From NCBI GenBank assembly GCA_964455555.1, contig CAYVXV010000004.1:7771-71770 (forward strand): a DNA stretch of 64,000 bases, read 5' to 3'. Positions 1 to 8,992 of this stretch are shown piece after piece. The translations under genes and the position numbers were made by a program. The notes beneath the pieces were generated by a model, which saw only the letters and a program-made list of their open reading frames with translations, did not search any database and had not been told where the DNA came from. The stretch is from an uncultured Pseudomonadales bacterium. GTDB lineage: Bacteria > Patescibacteriota > Microgenomatia > UBA1400 > PJMF01. Every line of letters begins with the position of its first letter. The stretch's first letter is position 1.

Positions 1-1412
1 TCGATCTTCAGGCTATTGATTTTGCCCAGCGCAAAAGCGGACTCAGGCTGATTACAAATTACGCTATGCCATCTGAGTTAGAGCGGGCTATTGCCGAGCA
101 TTACTCGCAAAGCCTCTCCAGCGAGGTTACTGAAGCCTTGGAGCAGACCAGCCAAGTGGTTGAGGCAGAGCTGGAAAAACAGGATCTGTCCGGCTTGGCC
201 GGTGAAACCATCCGCCAGGCTCCGATTACCAAGATTGTCCAGACTGTCCTCTCCTTTGCCATGAAAGCTAGGGCATCTGATATTCATATTGAGCCACAAG
301 AAGGGCGCACTAGAGTCCGCTACAGGATTGATGGTATTTTGCAGGAAAAATTAATCCTGCCCGCTTCGGTTCAAGAGGCCGTAGTATCCAGAATTAAAAT
401 TCTCTCAGGGCTCAAAATTGACGAAAAGCGCGTCCCTCAGGACGGCCGTTTTACCTTTATTGCCGGAGAGGAAGAAGTTGACCTGCGTATTTCTACCTTG
501 CCCACTATCCATGGCGAAAAAGTGGTGATGCGGCTGCTCAAGAAAAATGATTCAGTCCCCTCCCTGCCAGATCTGGGTCTTAGAGGGCTGGCTTTGAGGA
601 ATGTTGAAGATTCAATTAAAGTCCCTCACGGCATTATTCTGGTGACCGGGCCTACCGGCTCAGGAAAAACTACTACGCTCTACTCGATCCTGGACAAGAT
701 TAATACGCCCAAAGTCAACATTGTGACGCTGGAGGATCCCGTCGAGTACCAGATGAAAGGCATTAATCAGGTTCAAATCAACCCTCAGGCAGGCCTGACC
801 TTTGCTTCAGGGTTGAGGTCTTTTCTCCGGCAGGACCCCAACATCATCATGGTGGGTGAGGTCCGTGACGGCGAGACGTCTGATCTGGCAATCCAAGCTT
901 CACTGACAGGCCATTTGGTTTTCTCAACTTTGCATACTTCCTCAGCCGCCGGTGCCCTGCCCCGTCTGCTGGACATGGGTGCCGAGCCCTTCCTGTTGGC
1001 TTCATCAATGACTTGTGTAATGGCGCAGCGGGTTGTCCGGCTGATCAACCCTGATTACAAAGAAGAATATAAACCTGATCCTGAGGTACTGAAGGATATT
1101 AAAAATGTTTTAGGCGGATTTTTTGACAATTGGCTCAAACAGAACAATAAGACAGAAGCAGACGTGACTTTGTTTAGAGCCAAAGAAGACCGACCTCAGA
1201 CAGAGCCCGAGTACAAAGGTAGGATTGGCATCTTTGAAGTAATGAAAATCACAGAAGAAATTGGTACACTGATTTTAACCAGAAAACCAGCTGTAGAAAT
1301 TGAAGAGCTTGGGATTAAGAGTGGCATGCTGCTGATGAAGCAGGACGGCTATATCAAGGCACTTGAAGGCATAACAACAATAGAGGAGGTTTTGAGGGTA
1401 GCTCAAATCTAG
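1..1412 (+). CDS. pilB: Type IV pilus assembly/extension ATPase PilB (GspE family). 5' end truncated by window edge: the reading frame is open back to nt 3.
   Basis: Walker A GPTGSGKTTT; GspE-type Asp/His boxes; T4P ATPase architecture; followed by pilT and pilC. The frame upstream of the annotated ATG at 66 has no stop. Confidence 0.88.
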   Translation, partial: DLQAIDFAQRKSGLRLITNYAMPSELERAIAEHYSQSLSSEVTEALEQTSQVVEAELEKQDLSGLAGETIRQAPITKIVQTVLSFAMKARASDIHIEPQEGRTRVRYRIDGILQEKLILPASVQEAVVSRIKILSGLKIDEKRVPQDGRFTFIAGEEEVDLRISTLPTIHGEKVVMRLLKKNDSVPSLPDLGLRGLALRNVEDSIKVPHGIILVTGPTGSGKTTTLYSILDKINTPKVNIVTLEDPVEYQMKGINQVQINPQAGLTFASGLRSFLRQDPNIIMVGEVRDGETSDLAIQASLTGHLVFSTLHTSSAAGALPRLLDMGAEPFLLASSMTCVMAQRVVRLINPDYKEEYKPDPEVLKDIKNVLGGFFDNWLKQNNKTEADVTLFRAKEDRPQTEPEYKGRIGIFEVMKITEEIGTLILTRKPAVEIEELGIKSGMLLMKQDGYIKALEGITTIEEVLRVAQI

Positions 1413-1416
1413 GAGG

Positions 1417-2481
1417 TTGAGAATGAATATTCATGATGTTTTAGACAAACTTAATGAGTTGCAGGGATCTGATATCCATATTCTGGCCGGTGCCCCGCTA
1501 ACCCTGAGAGTAAATGGCGAGCTACTTGCTATGGATGGTTCTCCTGTTCTAGCACCGCAGGATACCGAAGCCCTAATTAATCCCCTGTTGACCCAAGAGC
1601 AAAAAGACTACATAAAAGTTAATAAAGAACTGGATCTTGGTTATCAGTATAAGGATATTGGCCGCTTCAGGATTAATGTTTACCACACTCAAGGCGCAAT
1701 GGCAGCTGCCCTGAGGTTGATTCCCAGTAGGATCAGGACACTTGACGAACTGCAGATGCCGGAGGTTTTTCATACTTTTGCTAAATATAAGCAAGGTTTG
1801 GTGCTTCTGACCGGTCCTACAGGCGAAGGCAAGTCCACCACCCTAGCCGCCATTATTGATGAAATCAACAAAGAACGCGCGGTTCATGTGGTCACGATTG
1901 AAGACCCGATTGAGTTTGTCTACAAACCGGTTAAGAGTATTATTTCCCAGCGGGAAGTTAATCATGATACCCATGGTTGGGATATTGCCCTCAAGTCAGT
2001 TTTGCGTGAGGACCCGGATGTCGTGTTGATTGGTGAGATGCGCGATTATGAGACTATTGCTTCTGCTATCACCATTGCAGAAACCGGCCACTTGGTTTTT
2101 GCTACTCTCCATACTGCTACAGCAGCCCAGACGATTGACCGGATTATTGACGTCTTTCCTTCTCATCAACAAGGACAAATCCGCCAGCAATTGGCGGCCA
2201 CCCTTAAAGTTGTAGCTTCGCAGCGGCTGCTTCCGACTACAGACGGCGGGCGGATTGCTGGTTTGGAAGTGATGATTGCCAAACCTTCCATCCGCAACTT
2301 AATCCGTGAAAGCAAGACTCATCAGATAGATAATGTTATCCAGACTTCGGCAGATGAACAGATGATGCTCTTTGAAACCCACCTGTACACCTTGGTGCAG
2401 CGCGGGACGATCACCAATGAAACGGCTAAAAACTTTGCCTTTAGAAGAGATGAAATTAATCGGTTAATGGGTAGCAGTTGA
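1417..2481 (+). CDS. pilT: Type IV pilus retraction ATPase PilT
   Basis: 354 aa; Walker A GPTGEGKSTT; PilT-like length; sits between pilB and pilC. RBS AGGAGG lies 6 nt upstream. Confidence 0.88.
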   Translation: MRMNIHDVLDKLNELQGSDIHILAGAPLTLRVNGELLAMDGSPVLAPQDTEALINPLLTQEQKDYIKVNKELDLGYQYKDIGRFRINVYHTQGAMAAALRLIPSRIRTLDELQMPEVFHTFAKYKQGLVLLTGPTGEGKSTTLAAIIDEINKERAVHVVTIEDPIEFVYKPVKSIISQREVNHDTHGWDIALKSVLREDPDVVLIGEMRDYETIASAITIAETGHLVFATLHTATAAQTIDRIIDVFPSHQQGQIRQQLAATLKVVASQRLLPTTDGGRIAGLEVMIAKPSIRNLIRESKTHQIDNVIQTSADEQMMLFETHLYTLVQRGTITNETAKNFAFRRDEINRLMGSS

Positions 2482-3683
2482 TGCCATATTTTAAATACAA
2501 AGTCAAAAATCAGTATAGCGACACCGTTTCAGGCAAGGTTGAAGCTGTCACAATTGAAGCAGCAGCAGCTGAGCTTTCCTCGCGCGGGCTGCTGGTTATT
2601 AATCTTCAGCCGCTATCAGATGACTCCTTTTCTGTCCTCAAGGGTGTCCTGATGGGTGTTAAGCAGGATGACATTGTTAACTTAACGCGTCAGTTAGCCA
2701 CTATGATTACTGCCGGCCTGCCCCTAGCCGGAGGCTTGTCGATCCTTGTACGCCAGAGCAAGGCCGAACTTTCCAGGTTGGTAGCCCAGATACTCCAGGA
2801 TGTTGAAGGCGGAACCTCTTTTAGCCAAGCCTTGGCCAAGCACCCCGACATTTTTTCCCGTCTTTATATTCAGCTAGTCAATGCCGGTGAGACTGGTGGT
2901 GTGCTGGACGAAGTGCTACAGCGGTTGGCAGACAACATGGAGAAATCCAAGGAATTTAAAGCCAAGACCAAGGGTGCAATGATTTATCCGATTATTGTGG
3001 TGCTGGCAATGGTGGCTGTAGGTTTTATTATGATGATTTTTGTTATTCCCAAGCTGACTGAAATGTACAAGGACTTCGATGCAGAGCTGCCAATGGCTAC
3101 CAGAGTGCTAATCGGCACCTCCAACTTTGTGACCCAATTCTGGTATATTTTTCTGATTGTTATTGTGGCCGGTGTTTATGGTCTTAAAAGATGGTACAAG
3201 ACTGAAAAGGGCGAGTTGGCGATTGATGGCCTAATTCTCAAACTGCCGATTATTGGGGTGCTGCGCCAGAAAATTATCCTGACAGAATTTGCCCGGACGT
3301 TGTCTCTGCTGCTTGGGGCGGGAGTTTCTTTGCTGCAGGCTTTAGAAATCGTTAATGAAGGCATAACTAATGTGGTTTACCGCAACGCTTTTAAGGAAGT
3401 TACCAACCAAGTTGAAAAAGGCATTTCCCTCTCAGAAGCCATGAGCCACTACGATATTTTCCCGCCTATCCTTTTCCAAATGATGAGTGTTGGTGAGGAA
3501 ACGGGCAAACTCGATGAAGTCTTGCTGAAAATGTCCACCTATTTCGAGCAGGAAAGTGAGCAAGCGGTCAAGAACTTAACCACTGCTATGGAGCCGATGA
3601 TTATGATTGTGCTGGGTGTAGGCGTAGGGGCGATGGTGATTGCTATAATTATGCCGATCTACAACTTGACCAGCCAATTTTAG
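2478..3683 (+). CDS. pilC: Type IV pilus platform protein PilC (GspF family)
   Basis: 401 aa; two GspF repeats each with TM helices; 4-nt overlap with pilT (translational coupling). Confidence 0.85.
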   Translation: MMPYFKYKVKNQYSDTVSGKVEAVTIEAAAAELSSRGLLVINLQPLSDDSFSVLKGVLMGVKQDDIVNLTRQLATMITAGLPLAGGLSILVRQSKAELSRLVAQILQDVEGGTSFSQALAKHPDIFSRLYIQLVNAGETGGVLDEVLQRLADNMEKSKEFKAKTKGAMIYPIIVVLAMVAVGFIMMIFVIPKLTEMYKDFDAELPMATRVLIGTSNFVTQFWYIFLIVIVAGVYGLKRWYKTEKGELAIDGLILKLPIIGVLRQKIILTEFARTLSLLLGAGVSLLQALEIVNEGITNVVYRNAFKEVTNQVEKGISLSEAMSHYDIFPPILFQMMSVGEETGKLDEVLLKMSTYFEQESEQAVKNLTTAMEPMIMIVLGVGVGAMVIAIIMPIYNLTSQF

Positions 3684-3795
3684 AAAAAGGCTGCCCAATC
3701 GCTCTGCACTAGGGGTTTACCACTTGCGGAGCCTAGAGATTTTAGTATAAATTAGTGTTACAGCCCTTTTTCGGCTATGAGCCTGTAATAATAGT

Positions 3796-4491
3796 GTGAG
3801 GAAACATATGAACCTGTCCAAGTCTTTTCTTCAAATCCTTGCGAAAGTGAGGCAGCATAACCAAAGTGCTGGATTTACAATGATTGAGCTCTTGATCGTG
3901 ATTGCCATTCTCGGAATTTTGGCGGTAGCGGTCCTGTCTGCCATTAATCCTATTGAGCAAATTAACCGTGGTCGGGATACCGGTTCAAGGTCAGATGCTG
4001 AGCAGCTTTTAAGCGCTGTGGACCGTTTCCACGCTTTCCAGGGTTACTATCCTTGGCAGACCGGGGTCAGTGATGTGAGCAATATCGAGGTTAACCCTTG
4101 GGTTCGGCTGACTAATGTTGCTGCCCTGGCTGATGCAAACGGTTGTAACATGCTGGAAAAACTCAGCTCTTTACCCAACACCAACGCCACCTGTACTACG
4201 GCTGCAAACGAGCTTAAAGGCAATTATGTGGATCGGGTCACCTCCAGTTCGTACAATAATCTGTACGTCTACCATGGCACAGGGCTAAGTGATTCCACCT
4301 ATGTCTGCTTCGCCCCTCAGTCCGATGCCTTCAAGCAGGAGGCCTTTGATAGACTAGACACAAACAGTGACGGCAATGTGGATGCTTCAGACAACATCCC
4401 AGCTGATTATCCGGCTGATGCTATAGATAATCCTACCTCAGGAAGTGACATCAACTGCGGTCCTGACGGCTACTGTGTCTGCTTGCCATAG
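3796..4491 (+). CDS. pilA: Type IV (major) pilin with class III signal peptide
   Basis: Prepilin cleavage motif QSAG/FTMIELLIVIAILGIL with Glu at +5; C-terminal Cys pairs; strong intrinsic terminator directly downstream, typical of a highly expressed major pilin. Confidence 0.75.
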   Translation: MRKHMNLSKSFLQILAKVRQHNQSAGFTMIELLIVIAILGILAVAVLSAINPIEQINRGRDTGSRSDAEQLLSAVDRFHAFQGYYPWQTGVSDVSNIEVNPWVRLTNVAALADANGCNMLEKLSSLPNTNATCTTAANELKGNYVDRVTSSSYNNLYVYHGTGLSDSTYVCFAPQSDAFKQEAFDRLDTNSDGNVDASDNIPADYPADAIDNPTSGSDINCGPDGYCVCLP

Positions 4492-4513
4492 CAAATTAAA
4501 AGTAGAAATTTAA

Positions 4514-4541
4514 CCCCCGCTCCGGCGGGGGTTTTTGTTTT
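4514..4541 (+). terminator. Rho-independent terminator after the major pilin gene
   Basis: CCCCCGC-tccg-GCGGGGG stem-loop followed by TTTTTGTTTT. Confidence 0.8.
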
Positions 4542-4612
4542 GCCAATTCTCTAGCGCCTCTCTGCTCTACCGACTTTCCCTCAGCCGACTTATCCTGTAG
4601 TATCATCTTAGT

Positions 4613-5431
4613 ATGATCACAGGCTGGTTTTTGTTCGGCGCATTGTTTCTTTTTGTTTTAGGGGCTGTCTTTGGCAGTTTTCTGAGTGTGGTAATCCTCA
4701 GGAGCATGCGCGGTGAGTCTTGGCTGGGCGGCTCTTCCAAATGTGACGAGTGCGGCGAGCCGATCCACTGGTATGACAACATTCCCCTGCTCTCCTTTCT
4801 TCTGCTCCGCGGCCGTTGCCGCAAATGCGCCAAGCCGATTCATCCCGTTCACTTTGTAGTGGAATTGCTGACCGGCGTGCTGTTTGTTTGGTGGTACTCC
4901 GGCTTTTTCCTTTTTTTCCAGCTGGCTGAGCAGCCTTTCCAAATTATCCAGCCGCTTTTCTGGCTGCTGGTGGCAGTGGTTTTGCTGGTTATCTTTTTTA
5001 CCGATCTCCTTTATATGATTATTCCCGACCAGGCTGTGGCGCTGCTTTTGGTGTTGGTTGTTGGCTACCGCCTGGCTCTTGTGATGGCCGGAATAATGCA
5101 GGTTGGAGACCTGGTGAACACGGTCCTGGCAACCGGTGTGGCTACCGCCGCTTTTCTGCTGCTGTTTTTTGCCACAAAACAACGGGGCTTTGGCTTTGGT
5201 GATGTAAAACTGATACTGCCGCTCGGGCTACTCCTAGGTTGGCCAAATACTTTGGTGGCGGTATTCTTATCTTTTATTTTTGGCGCCCTGGCTGGCATTG
5301 CCCTGCTTTTAGCAGGCAAACGCAAGCTGAAACAGCCTATCCCCTTTGGGCCATTCCTGATCATTTCTGGGTTTATCAGCCTTATCTGGGGTGAGGCGCT
5401 TTTCCGCTGGTATCTGAGCTTCATTTTTTAG
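4613..5431 (+). CDS. pilD: Prepilin peptidase / N-methyltransferase PilD (A24 family)
   Basis: Multi-TM protein; cytoplasmic tetra-Cys motif CDECGEP...CRKCAKPI; catalytic-Asp region FGFGDVKL. Confidence 0.85.
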   Translation: MITGWFLFGALFLFVLGAVFGSFLSVVILRSMRGESWLGGSSKCDECGEPIHWYDNIPLLSFLLLRGRCRKCAKPIHPVHFVVELLTGVLFVWWYSGFFLFFQLAEQPFQIIQPLFWLLVAVVLLVIFFTDLLYMIIPDQAVALLLVLVVGYRLALVMAGIMQVGDLVNTVLATGVATAAFLLLFFATKQRGFGFGDVKLILPLGLLLGWPNTLVAVFLSFIFGALAGIALLLAGKRKLKQPIPFGPFLIISGFISLIWGEALFRWYLSFIF

Positions 5432-5499
5432 CTGTCTATCAGAAAAATTCTAACATGTGCTTGTGTATCGAGTAGAAGGTGCGCTAAGATGTAGTAGAG

Positions 5500-6471
5500 A
5501 TGCGCATTATCAAGTACCTGCTCACTTTCTTCGCGCTGATCCTCCTTTTAGGCGTAGGTAGTTTTTTTATTGCCAGGGAAGTGTTTTTATTCTGGGGTTC
5601 AACAACTGTAATCGAGTCGCTCAAGGAGCTAAAGTCGGCTTCGATTAGCAATACATATGAACTGGAATGCGCCCGCCGGGGAGGCGGAACTGCTCCTGTT
5701 TCTTCCGGCAGTAATGTGGTAACTCAGCTCAGGTTCCTTTCTTCAACAGAATATGTCCTTGAAGCAGTCTGCGATCAGTTTCCCCAAAGCCCAATCTTGA
5801 TAAGGCAGCAGACCTTGCCAATGTTTATTACCAAAGTGCCGGGCACCTCTGGATTCATCTGGCGGGAATTTCATCAGTCCGGCATCGAACTGGCGGTTTT
5901 TTCTGACTTAGCAAGTTCACTAAAAGACTATTTTAAGTTTGACCCGGTTGCGTTGGTTAAAACTAAGGGAATAATTGTTGATGACCGGGTGATTGTGAGC
6001 GGAGGCTCGGTTGGCCTTCCTCTCTCTGAGGGCCCTTCAACTACCTGTGAAGGCTATGGTTATTTTTGCTGTGACCAGAATGCCCAAATGGGTTCTGGCA
6101 GCCAGGTGGTGGGTTTAGACAGCTGCCCGGACCGCTGTTATTCTGCCTGCGTGGCTAGACCGATGGTGCTATCTTTTAACAGCAACCCATTTTTTGATGT
6201 AAAAACCCGCGTGGTGACCATTCAGGACGGCGAGACGGTGGAGTTCCGCTATGTGGCTAGCAGCGATGCCCAGGAATTGCAGGCAACCATTGATTTTGGC
6301 GACGGCAAACAGGCTTATATTGTGGGTACTCAAGGAAGTTCAGTCCACAACTACAATTGCGACCGGGCAAAGTGCAGCTTCAGCGCCAGGATTCTTTTGC
6401 GGGATTTATGGGGAGTTGAATCTATTCCTACGCCAATCTCGAAGATTGGTGTAGAGGTTATTAAGCAATAA
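5500..6471 (+). CDS. Hypothetical Cys-rich membrane-anchored protein encoded inside the pilus locus
   Basis: N-terminal TM helix; 323 aa; many Cys (CEGYGYFCCDQ..CPDRCYSAC); no recognisable family; sits between pilD and the minor pilin array. Confidence 0.45.
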   Translation: MRIIKYLLTFFALILLLGVGSFFIAREVFLFWGSTTVIESLKELKSASISNTYELECARRGGGTAPVSSGSNVVTQLRFLSSTEYVLEAVCDQFPQSPILIRQQTLPMFITKVPGTSGFIWREFHQSGIELAVFSDLASSLKDYFKFDPVALVKTKGIIVDDRVIVSGGSVGLPLSEGPSTTCEGYGYFCCDQNAQMGSGSQVVGLDSCPDRCYSACVARPMVLSFNSNPFFDVKTRVVTIQDGETVEFRYVASSDAQELQATIDFGDGKQAYIVGTQGSSVHNYNCDRAKCSFSARILLRDLWGVESIPTPISKIGVEVIKQ

Positions 6472-6519
6472 AAAATCAGGAAACTAATCAGGAATTTAAA
6501 CAATAGCAGAAAGGCAAAA

Positions 6520-6960
6520 ATGAAAAGTTTAATGAGAACAAATAGCCAGCGGGGTTTTACATTGCTCGAACTCTTGGTGGTTATTTCAATCATCGGTATT
6601 TTGGTGACTATGGGCGTAGTGGCCTACTCTACTGCTCAGGTTAAAGGCCGTGATGCCCGTCGCCGGGCGGATATGCAGTCTATTCAGGATGCCTATGAGC
6701 AATACTATGCCAACGAGGGTGGTTATCTGGCCAGCGGGTTTGGCGGCACTCCTTGTACTGATGGCGGCCAACTTAGCGATTATATTGGCGTGTTTCCTCA
6801 CGACCCAAAACCAGGCACTAATTACACCTGCTCTGGAGATGCAGTTAGCTATTGTGCTTGTGCTGATGTTGAGGATGATAATGGCAACAGCTCAAACGCT
6901 TCCTGCACTTGGGTTCCGGGGGGAACGGGGGCTTATTATTGCGTAGGCAACTTACAGTAA
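6520..6960 (+). CDS. Minor type IV pilin-like protein
   Basis: Class III signal SQRG/FTLLELLVVISIIGIL, Glu+5; 146 aa; C-terminal Cys. Confidence 0.7.
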   Translation: MKSLMRTNSQRGFTLLELLVVISIIGILVTMGVVAYSTAQVKGRDARRRADMQSIQDAYEQYYANEGGYLASGFGGTPCTDGGQLSDYIGVFPHDPKPGTNYTCSGDAVSYCACADVEDDNGNSSNASCTWVPGGTGAYYCVGNLQ

Positions 6961-6975
6961 CAGCAAGGGAGAAAC

Positions 6976-7419
6976 ATGAAAAAAACATCAGGATTTACGT
7001 TTATAGAACTGCTGGTTTCGGCTACGATTATTATCATTATTTCGGCAATTGGTGTTGTTAGCTTCACTTCGACAGGCAGATCGGCCCGCGACGGCAAACG
7101 CAAGGCAGATTTGGAAACAATCCGCCAAGCATTAGTACTCTTAAGGTCGGATGCGGGGGCTTATCCGAGTGGTGGTTATAGCGACATGATAACCTCGCTG
7201 GTTTCAGGCGGTTACTTAAGCCAGCCTACTCCAGCTGAACCCAGGGTGGCCACACAGGGTGAGTATGCTTATTCCACCAATGGCTCTGGGACCAACTTCT
7301 GCTTGTGCGCCAACACCGAGGACGATGCCAAAAATGCCAATGCTGGATCGACGGGTGCGGGAGGTGTCTGCTCTTTTGGCGCTGCCAACAAAACCCATTA
7401 TTGTGTTTCAAATCCTTAA
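6976..7419 (+). CDS. Minor type IV pilin-like protein
   Basis: KTSG/FTFIELLVSATIIIII, Glu+5; 147 aa. Confidence 0.7.
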   Translation: MKKTSGFTFIELLVSATIIIIISAIGVVSFTSTGRSARDGKRKADLETIRQALVLLRSDAGAYPSGGYSDMITSLVSGGYLSQPTPAEPRVATQGEYAYSTNGSGTNFCLCANTEDDAKNANAGSTGAGGVCSFGAANKTHYCVSNP

Positions 7420-7422
7420 AAT

Positions 7423-7941
7423 ATGTATAAGCTGCCCGTCCGCACCTCTGGCTTTACCTTAATAGAACTCTTAGTAGTGGTAGCTATTTTGTTGATTATT
7501 ACCGGTGGCAGCATCGCCGCTATGATTAGGTTTAATGACAAGCAAAGAGTGCAGTTGGGCATTCAGGAGATTCAGTCATTTATCCAAGTGGCCCAAGCTA
7601 AAGCCAGGGTAAGGGAGATTCCCGGCGGTACAACCTGCAATTCCCTGCAGGGTTACCGGGTACAGAAAAGCGGTTCAACTTTGCAGATACACTCCAACTG
7701 CAACAATGGTGCCGGCAGTGTTTACACTTTAAGCCAGACCCACTTTATCCCTGTCAACCTTACGGTTACGCCTGACAGCTTTTCGGTAGAATACAGGACT
7801 CTTTTTGACGGGGCTGAACTGAGAGTGAACAACACGGTAGTTGCAGATTTTGAGGTCCGGGCAGTCAATTCAACTGGAACTTTTGCTTTTAGTTTTGAAA
7901 TTGATGGGAATGGCATTATGCATAAGCCGGTGCAGGAATAA
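7423..7941 (+). CDS. Minor type IV pilin-like protein
   Basis: RTSG/FTLIELLVVVAILLII, Glu+5; 172 aa. Confidence 0.7.
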   Translation: MYKLPVRTSGFTLIELLVVVAILLIITGGSIAAMIRFNDKQRVQLGIQEIQSFIQVAQAKARVREIPGGTTCNSLQGYRVQKSGSTLQIHSNCNNGAGSVYTLSQTHFIPVNLTVTPDSFSVEYRTLFDGAELRVNNTVVADFEVRAVNSTGTFAFSFEIDGNGIMHKPVQE

Positions 7942-8435
7942 TGATTATGACAACAAATTTTAAGCAAATCCTAAAAAGCCAAGATGGACAAACTATCCTT
8001 GAAGTTTTGTTGGCTGCAATGATTGTTGGCCTGGTGGTTACTGCTGCTGCTGTTGGCTTGACCTACTCTATAAAAAATAACGCAGAGGTCAGATATCGCG
8101 AGCTGGCTACTGCCCTAGCCCAAGAGCCGATAGAGGCTTTCCGCCGCGAGCGCGACAAGCAACACTGGACGCAATTTCATGCTGCTGTTACCAGCGCAGA
8201 GGTTTATTGTTTTGGTTCGTCAATTCCCAGCGACATGTCTGGTTTTACTACTCGAGCCAACGATGCAACCTGCGATTCTTTTGAAAATGCCAAAACAGAA
8301 TTCAGGCGTTCTGTTGCTGCTGCTAAACCAAATGATAACACTGTTGAGTTGACAGTTACGGTGACTTGGAATGTCGGCGATGATAAAAACGAGCGCTCCA
8401 TCACAGTGAATCATTGGCTTAAAAATTGGAATTAG
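7941..8435 (+). CDS. Minor type IV pilin-like protein (atypical +1 residue Q)
   Basis: SQDG/QTILEVLLAAMIVGLVV, Glu+5; overlaps the previous gene by 1 nt. Confidence 0.6.
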   Translation: MIMTTNFKQILKSQDGQTILEVLLAAMIVGLVVTAAAVGLTYSIKNNAEVRYRELATALAQEPIEAFRRERDKQHWTQFHAAVTSAEVYCFGSSIPSDMSGFTTRANDATCDSFENAKTEFRRSVAAAKPNDNTVELTVTVTWNVGDDKNERSITVNHWLKNWN

Positions 8436-8992
8436 TTTCTAAGTTGAATATTCGAAGTAAATTTTTCCAATGGACCTATGGCGTTGCCTGAGTCGCTAGA
8501 AGCTTGCATAGTAAAAGAGACTGTCACAAAGATTTTGCTGCCAGCTGCTGTGCACCTAAACAAAGCCGGTGAATCGGCTATCACGGATGAAGAAGTAATT
8601 CTGTTTAGGTCATGCAAAATTACGCTGCTAAATACCAGCCGGAAAGAATTTCGGTTTCCGCTGGGGTCTTCCACCATAAGATAGTTTGAGCCGGCTAGGC
8701 ACTCATCTAAATTAACCACCATTTTTGCATTACGGATATAGTAGTCCATTGTTTTTAATGCTTGATTTCCTTCGGTGGAAATCCGTTTTCTAAAAGTCAT
8801 GCTGGAATTGCCGATAATAAAGGTTAAGAACATGGCTGAAACTGTCAGAAACAAGATGGTTACCAGTCCTGTGGCTATGAGCATTTCGATCAGTGAAAAG
8901 CCGTTTTTCACGCGGCTGGAGGCTGCAGAAATAAGGCTTCTGAAGCGCTGTGATGCAGCTGCGGAATGGTGGTTAGGCTTGCACTTAATCAT
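8432..8992 (-). CDS. Pilin-like protein co-transcribed with the giant surface protein
   Basis: VKNG/FSLIEMLIATGLVTILFL class III signal, Glu+5. Its start overlaps the end of the 1388-aa gene by 8 nt, and its 3' end overlaps the convergent plus-strand minor pilin by 4 nt. Confidence 0.6.
   Translation of the reverse strand: MIKCKPNHHSAAASQRFRSLISAASSRVKNGFSLIEMLIATGLVTILFLTVSAMFLTFIIGNSSMTFRKRISTEGNQALKTMDYYIRNAKMVVNLDECLAGSNYLMVEDPSGNRNSFRLVFSSVILHDLNRITSSSVIADSPALFRCTAAGSKIFVTVSFTMQASSDSGNAIGPLEKFTSNIQLRN

Noticed and set aside
4658-5424. Antisense ORFs (174 aa and 119 aa) within pilD
   Set aside because: They are opposite-strand frames of a clearly conserved prepilin peptidase gene, with no independent support.
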